The notes under the pieces are model-generated. The model was not told the origin of the DNA. It searched no databases and saw only the letters and a program-made list of their open reading frames with translations. This document shows, piece by piece, positions 43,195 through 44,955 of a stretch of 44,955 nucleotides of DNA. The stretch lies in the IMG/VR virus record IMGVR_UViG_3300017766_003782, positions 1-44,955 of that record, one strand, 5' to 3'. The translations under genes and the position numbers were made by a program. The stretch comes from a virus. Its lineage: Duplodnaviria; Caudoviricetes. Within the stretch, counting starts at the first letter, position 1, and each line of letters starts with the position of its first letter.

Positions 43195-43491
43195 CTATTT
43201 CTTCCGGCTCGGTGATGCGCCAGAGGCCAGGGCTGATGAACTTTCGAGGAGCGAACGTGTGCGGGTCTTTCGAGAAGCGGCCGCCTGAGAGGCTTTGACA
43301 GAGTTCGACGTAGGAGGCGTAGAGGCTTTCGATGCAGCCACCTGTCGGCACTTCTGGTAGTGTGGGTCTTGGTCGGTTTCCCATCTCCATCTCCTGTTGG
43401 ATGGTGGTGCCAGGTCGGCATTGCGGAGCGCCATGCGCAGGGTGTACGGGTCGAGGTTGAAATCCCTCGCCAGGTGTTTGAGGGTTATCAT
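43195..43491 (-). CDS. HTH-like hypothetical protein
   Basis: TLKHLARDFNLDPYTLRMALR...WRW; ATGA overlap. Confidence 0.65.
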   Translation of the reverse strand: MITLKHLARDFNLDPYTLRMALRNADLAPPSNRRWRWETDQDPHYQKCRQVAASKASTPPTSNSVKASQAAASRKTRTRSLLESSSALASGASPSRKK

Positions 43492-43853
43492 GCGAACCGT
43501 GCCTTCAGGTCTGCTTCGAGTTTGACGAAGAGTTCACCATAGCTGCCAACCCCTTTGTCCATGTACTCGAACATCTCAGTGGCGAGTGCTTTCATGGTCG
43601 GGGTGAAGTCAGCGTATACGCCCCGGCGAGTAACTTTCACCTTGGCAAATTCTTTGCCCTGCTCGACTTTGATCCAGATGGAGTCGTGGTTGGTCTTGGA
43701 GGTGACGATGTGCTTCTCGCTCGTGAAGAGCTCCTTAGCGAGACGGGCAGCGACTTTCTTGGCAGCTTCTGCTTTGGGATTTGCAGCTTGGGCCTTGGCA
43801 GCACGGCGGGCTTTGGCACGGGCAGCTTTTGCGGCTTTTTGGTCAGTGGTCAT
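43488..43853 (-). CDS. Basic Ala/Lys-rich early protein
   Basis: RBS GAGGAGGG; first gene after the repeated promoter. Confidence 0.75.
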   Translation of the reverse strand: MTTDQKAAKAARAKARRAAKAQAANPKAEAAKKVAARLAKELFTSEKHIVTSKTNHDSIWIKVEQGKEFAKVKVTRRGVYADFTPTMKALATEMFEYMDKGVGSYGELFVKLEADLKARFA

Positions 43854-43893
43854 GTGGTGTTCCCTCCTCGGGTCTTGGTTGGTCGATATAGAT

Positions 43894-43922
43894 ACCATAC
43901 CGGTCTCGATGAAGATAGTAAA
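43894..43922 (-). promoter_or_regulatory. Sigma70-type promoter, repeated family
   Basis: TTTACT-N17-TATGGT-ATCTATATCGACCAACC. Confidence 0.8.
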
Positions 43923-43984
43923 TGAAAATTCTTGTCGAGCAGCGTGTATTTCTTCGGTATAAGCGCACAAAGCGTGGAGGCACG

Positions 43985-44467
43985 ATGCAGCAATGGTTCA
44001 TTCTCAGGGTTGAGGGTAAGAGGCTTAAGCAGGTGGCAGACATCCTAGGAGGATATGTGCCCACCATGGAGCGACTTACCAAGCCCGCCCGTAAGAAGCA
44101 GCCTGTCGTTTCCCAGGTACCCATATTCCCTGGATGGGTCTTTATCCCATACCGCACCGAGCTATACCTGGCAGCAGGGTTTGCACCTGGCGCCCGAGGC
44201 ATAATGAAGTATGGGCGAAAGGGGGTTCTGCTGCTCGACGAGGAGGATATGCAGAGGCTCAAGGCCATAGAGGGTGGGCAGCTACCCGCGGTAACTACAT
44301 CGGGTGTACCGGTATTGGCCATTGGAGATAGGGTGGAAATAAGGGGTTTGCTGATGGGGATGCAGGGTACCATCATTGACCTGCGTGGGTCTGACGCTGT
44401 TGTAGATGTGGGTGGGAATATGCCCATTACCGTGGACTGTTGCCTTTTGCTGCCTCTTGGTATATAA
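43985..44467 (+). CDS. NusG/RfaH-like transcription elongation/antitermination factor
   Basis: NGN motifs WFILRV and PIFPGWVFI; KOW motif IGDRVEIRGLLMGMQGTI; RBS GGAGG. Confidence 0.85.
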   Translation: MQQWFILRVEGKRLKQVADILGGYVPTMERLTKPARKKQPVVSQVPIFPGWVFIPYRTELYLAAGFAPGARGIMKYGRKGVLLLDEEDMQRLKAIEGGQLPAVTTSGVPVLAIGDRVEIRGLLMGMQGTIIDLRGSDAVVDVGGNMPITVDCCLLLPLGI

Positions 44468-44468
44468 C
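44440..44468 (+). promoter_or_regulatory. Putative late promoter overlapping the end of the NusG-like gene
   Basis: TTGCCT-N17-TATAAC. Confidence 0.55.
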
Positions 44469-44558
44469 CCGGTTTAATCGGGTGATCCTGAGACGCTACC
44501 CACTACTGCGAGTCTCGGCCTGGCGCTACCCCCCTCAACCAAGGGAACTGCTTCTGCC

Positions 44559-44891
44559 ATGAAAGCCTGGCAACATGATCGTAGAAGCAAACACGAGAGA
44601 GGGTATGGCTACAGGTGGAAGAAGACCAGGGCACTCATACTGAAGCGAGATAAGGGGCTGTGCCAGCCCTGCCTGCGTACCGATGGGGTACTGACCCTGG
44701 CCACCGAGGTCGACCACATCAAGCCGAAGTATCTAGGTGGAACAGAGGACTGGGCCAACCTGCAAGCGATATGCACTGACTGTCATCGCGAGAAAACGTT
44801 GAGAGAAGCAGCAGATGCAAGAAAAAACGAGGGACAGGAAGCTCTAAGCTTCGATCCAGAGGGTCGCCCCATATGGCCGTCTGGGAGGTAA
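44559..44891 (+). CDS. HNH endonuclease (terminase-associated, HK97 gp74-like)
   Basis: RGYG..W, RD..LCQPC, VDHIKP..GG....NLQAICTDCH..KT; immediately before the cos-like end. Confidence 0.92.
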   Translation: MKAWQHDRRSKHERGYGYRWKKTRALILKRDKGLCQPCLRTDGVLTLATEVDHIKPKYLGGTEDWANLQAICTDCHREKTLREAADARKNEGQEALSFDPEGRPIWPSGR

Positions 44892-44942
44892 TCCAAGCCC
44901 CTGGGGGGGTAGTAGGAAGATCCAGAGAAGTGGTATGGGAAC

Positions 44943-44955
44943 CGGTGGCTGGGTC
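44943..44955. repeat. Right copy of 13-nt terminal repeat
   Basis: Identical to 1-13. Confidence 0.8.

Noticed and set aside
44493-44531. RfaH ops element (reverse complement reads GGTAGCG)
   Set aside because: The partial match is on the template strand for late transcription, whereas ops acts on the non-template strand; kept only as an unexplained direct repeat
44559-44891. HNH as a mobile homing endonuclease
   Set aside because: Its size and position next to cos/terS match the packaging-associated HNH

Overview
The window is an apparently complete ~45 kb tailed-phage (siphovirus) genome opened at its packaging end; the 13-mer CGGTGGCTGGGTC is at both ends, between an HNH gene and the small terminase. 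A roughly 60% GC content and a GTA-like tail hub suggest an alphaproteobacterial host (inference). Layout: (1) a + strand late operon, 44559->end and 58-20994, carrying HNH, TerS, TerL, a fused protease-capsid, portal, head-tail, tail and lysis genes. (2) A - strand replication and nucleotide operon, 21137-32714, carrying an SNF2-like helicase, VRR-NUC, SSB, Sak4-like ATPase, PD-(D/E)xK nuclease and a family A polymerase with a UDG-like N-domain, followed by dCMP deaminase, a DEDD nuclease, two thymidylate-synthase-fold paralogues, a MazG-like pyrophosphatase and a dNMP kinase. (3) A + strand HTH gene and primase-helicase. (4) A - strand early region of small genes driven by a repeated sigma70-type promoter/leader. 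(5) A putative origin and a NusG-like antiterminator. No integrase, tRNA or CRISPR array was seen. The strongest candidate for a new system is the nucleotide cluster: both TS-fold proteins carry Asp at the position that confers dCMP specificity, which points to pre-replicative cytosine substitution by a two-enzyme or heterodimeric TS system. Other highlights are a collagen/YadA-anchor mini-autotransporter, twin hairpin elements at the two convergent junctions and a NusG paralogue in the lambda-Q position. All family assignments come from motif recognition by eye; no database searches were run.
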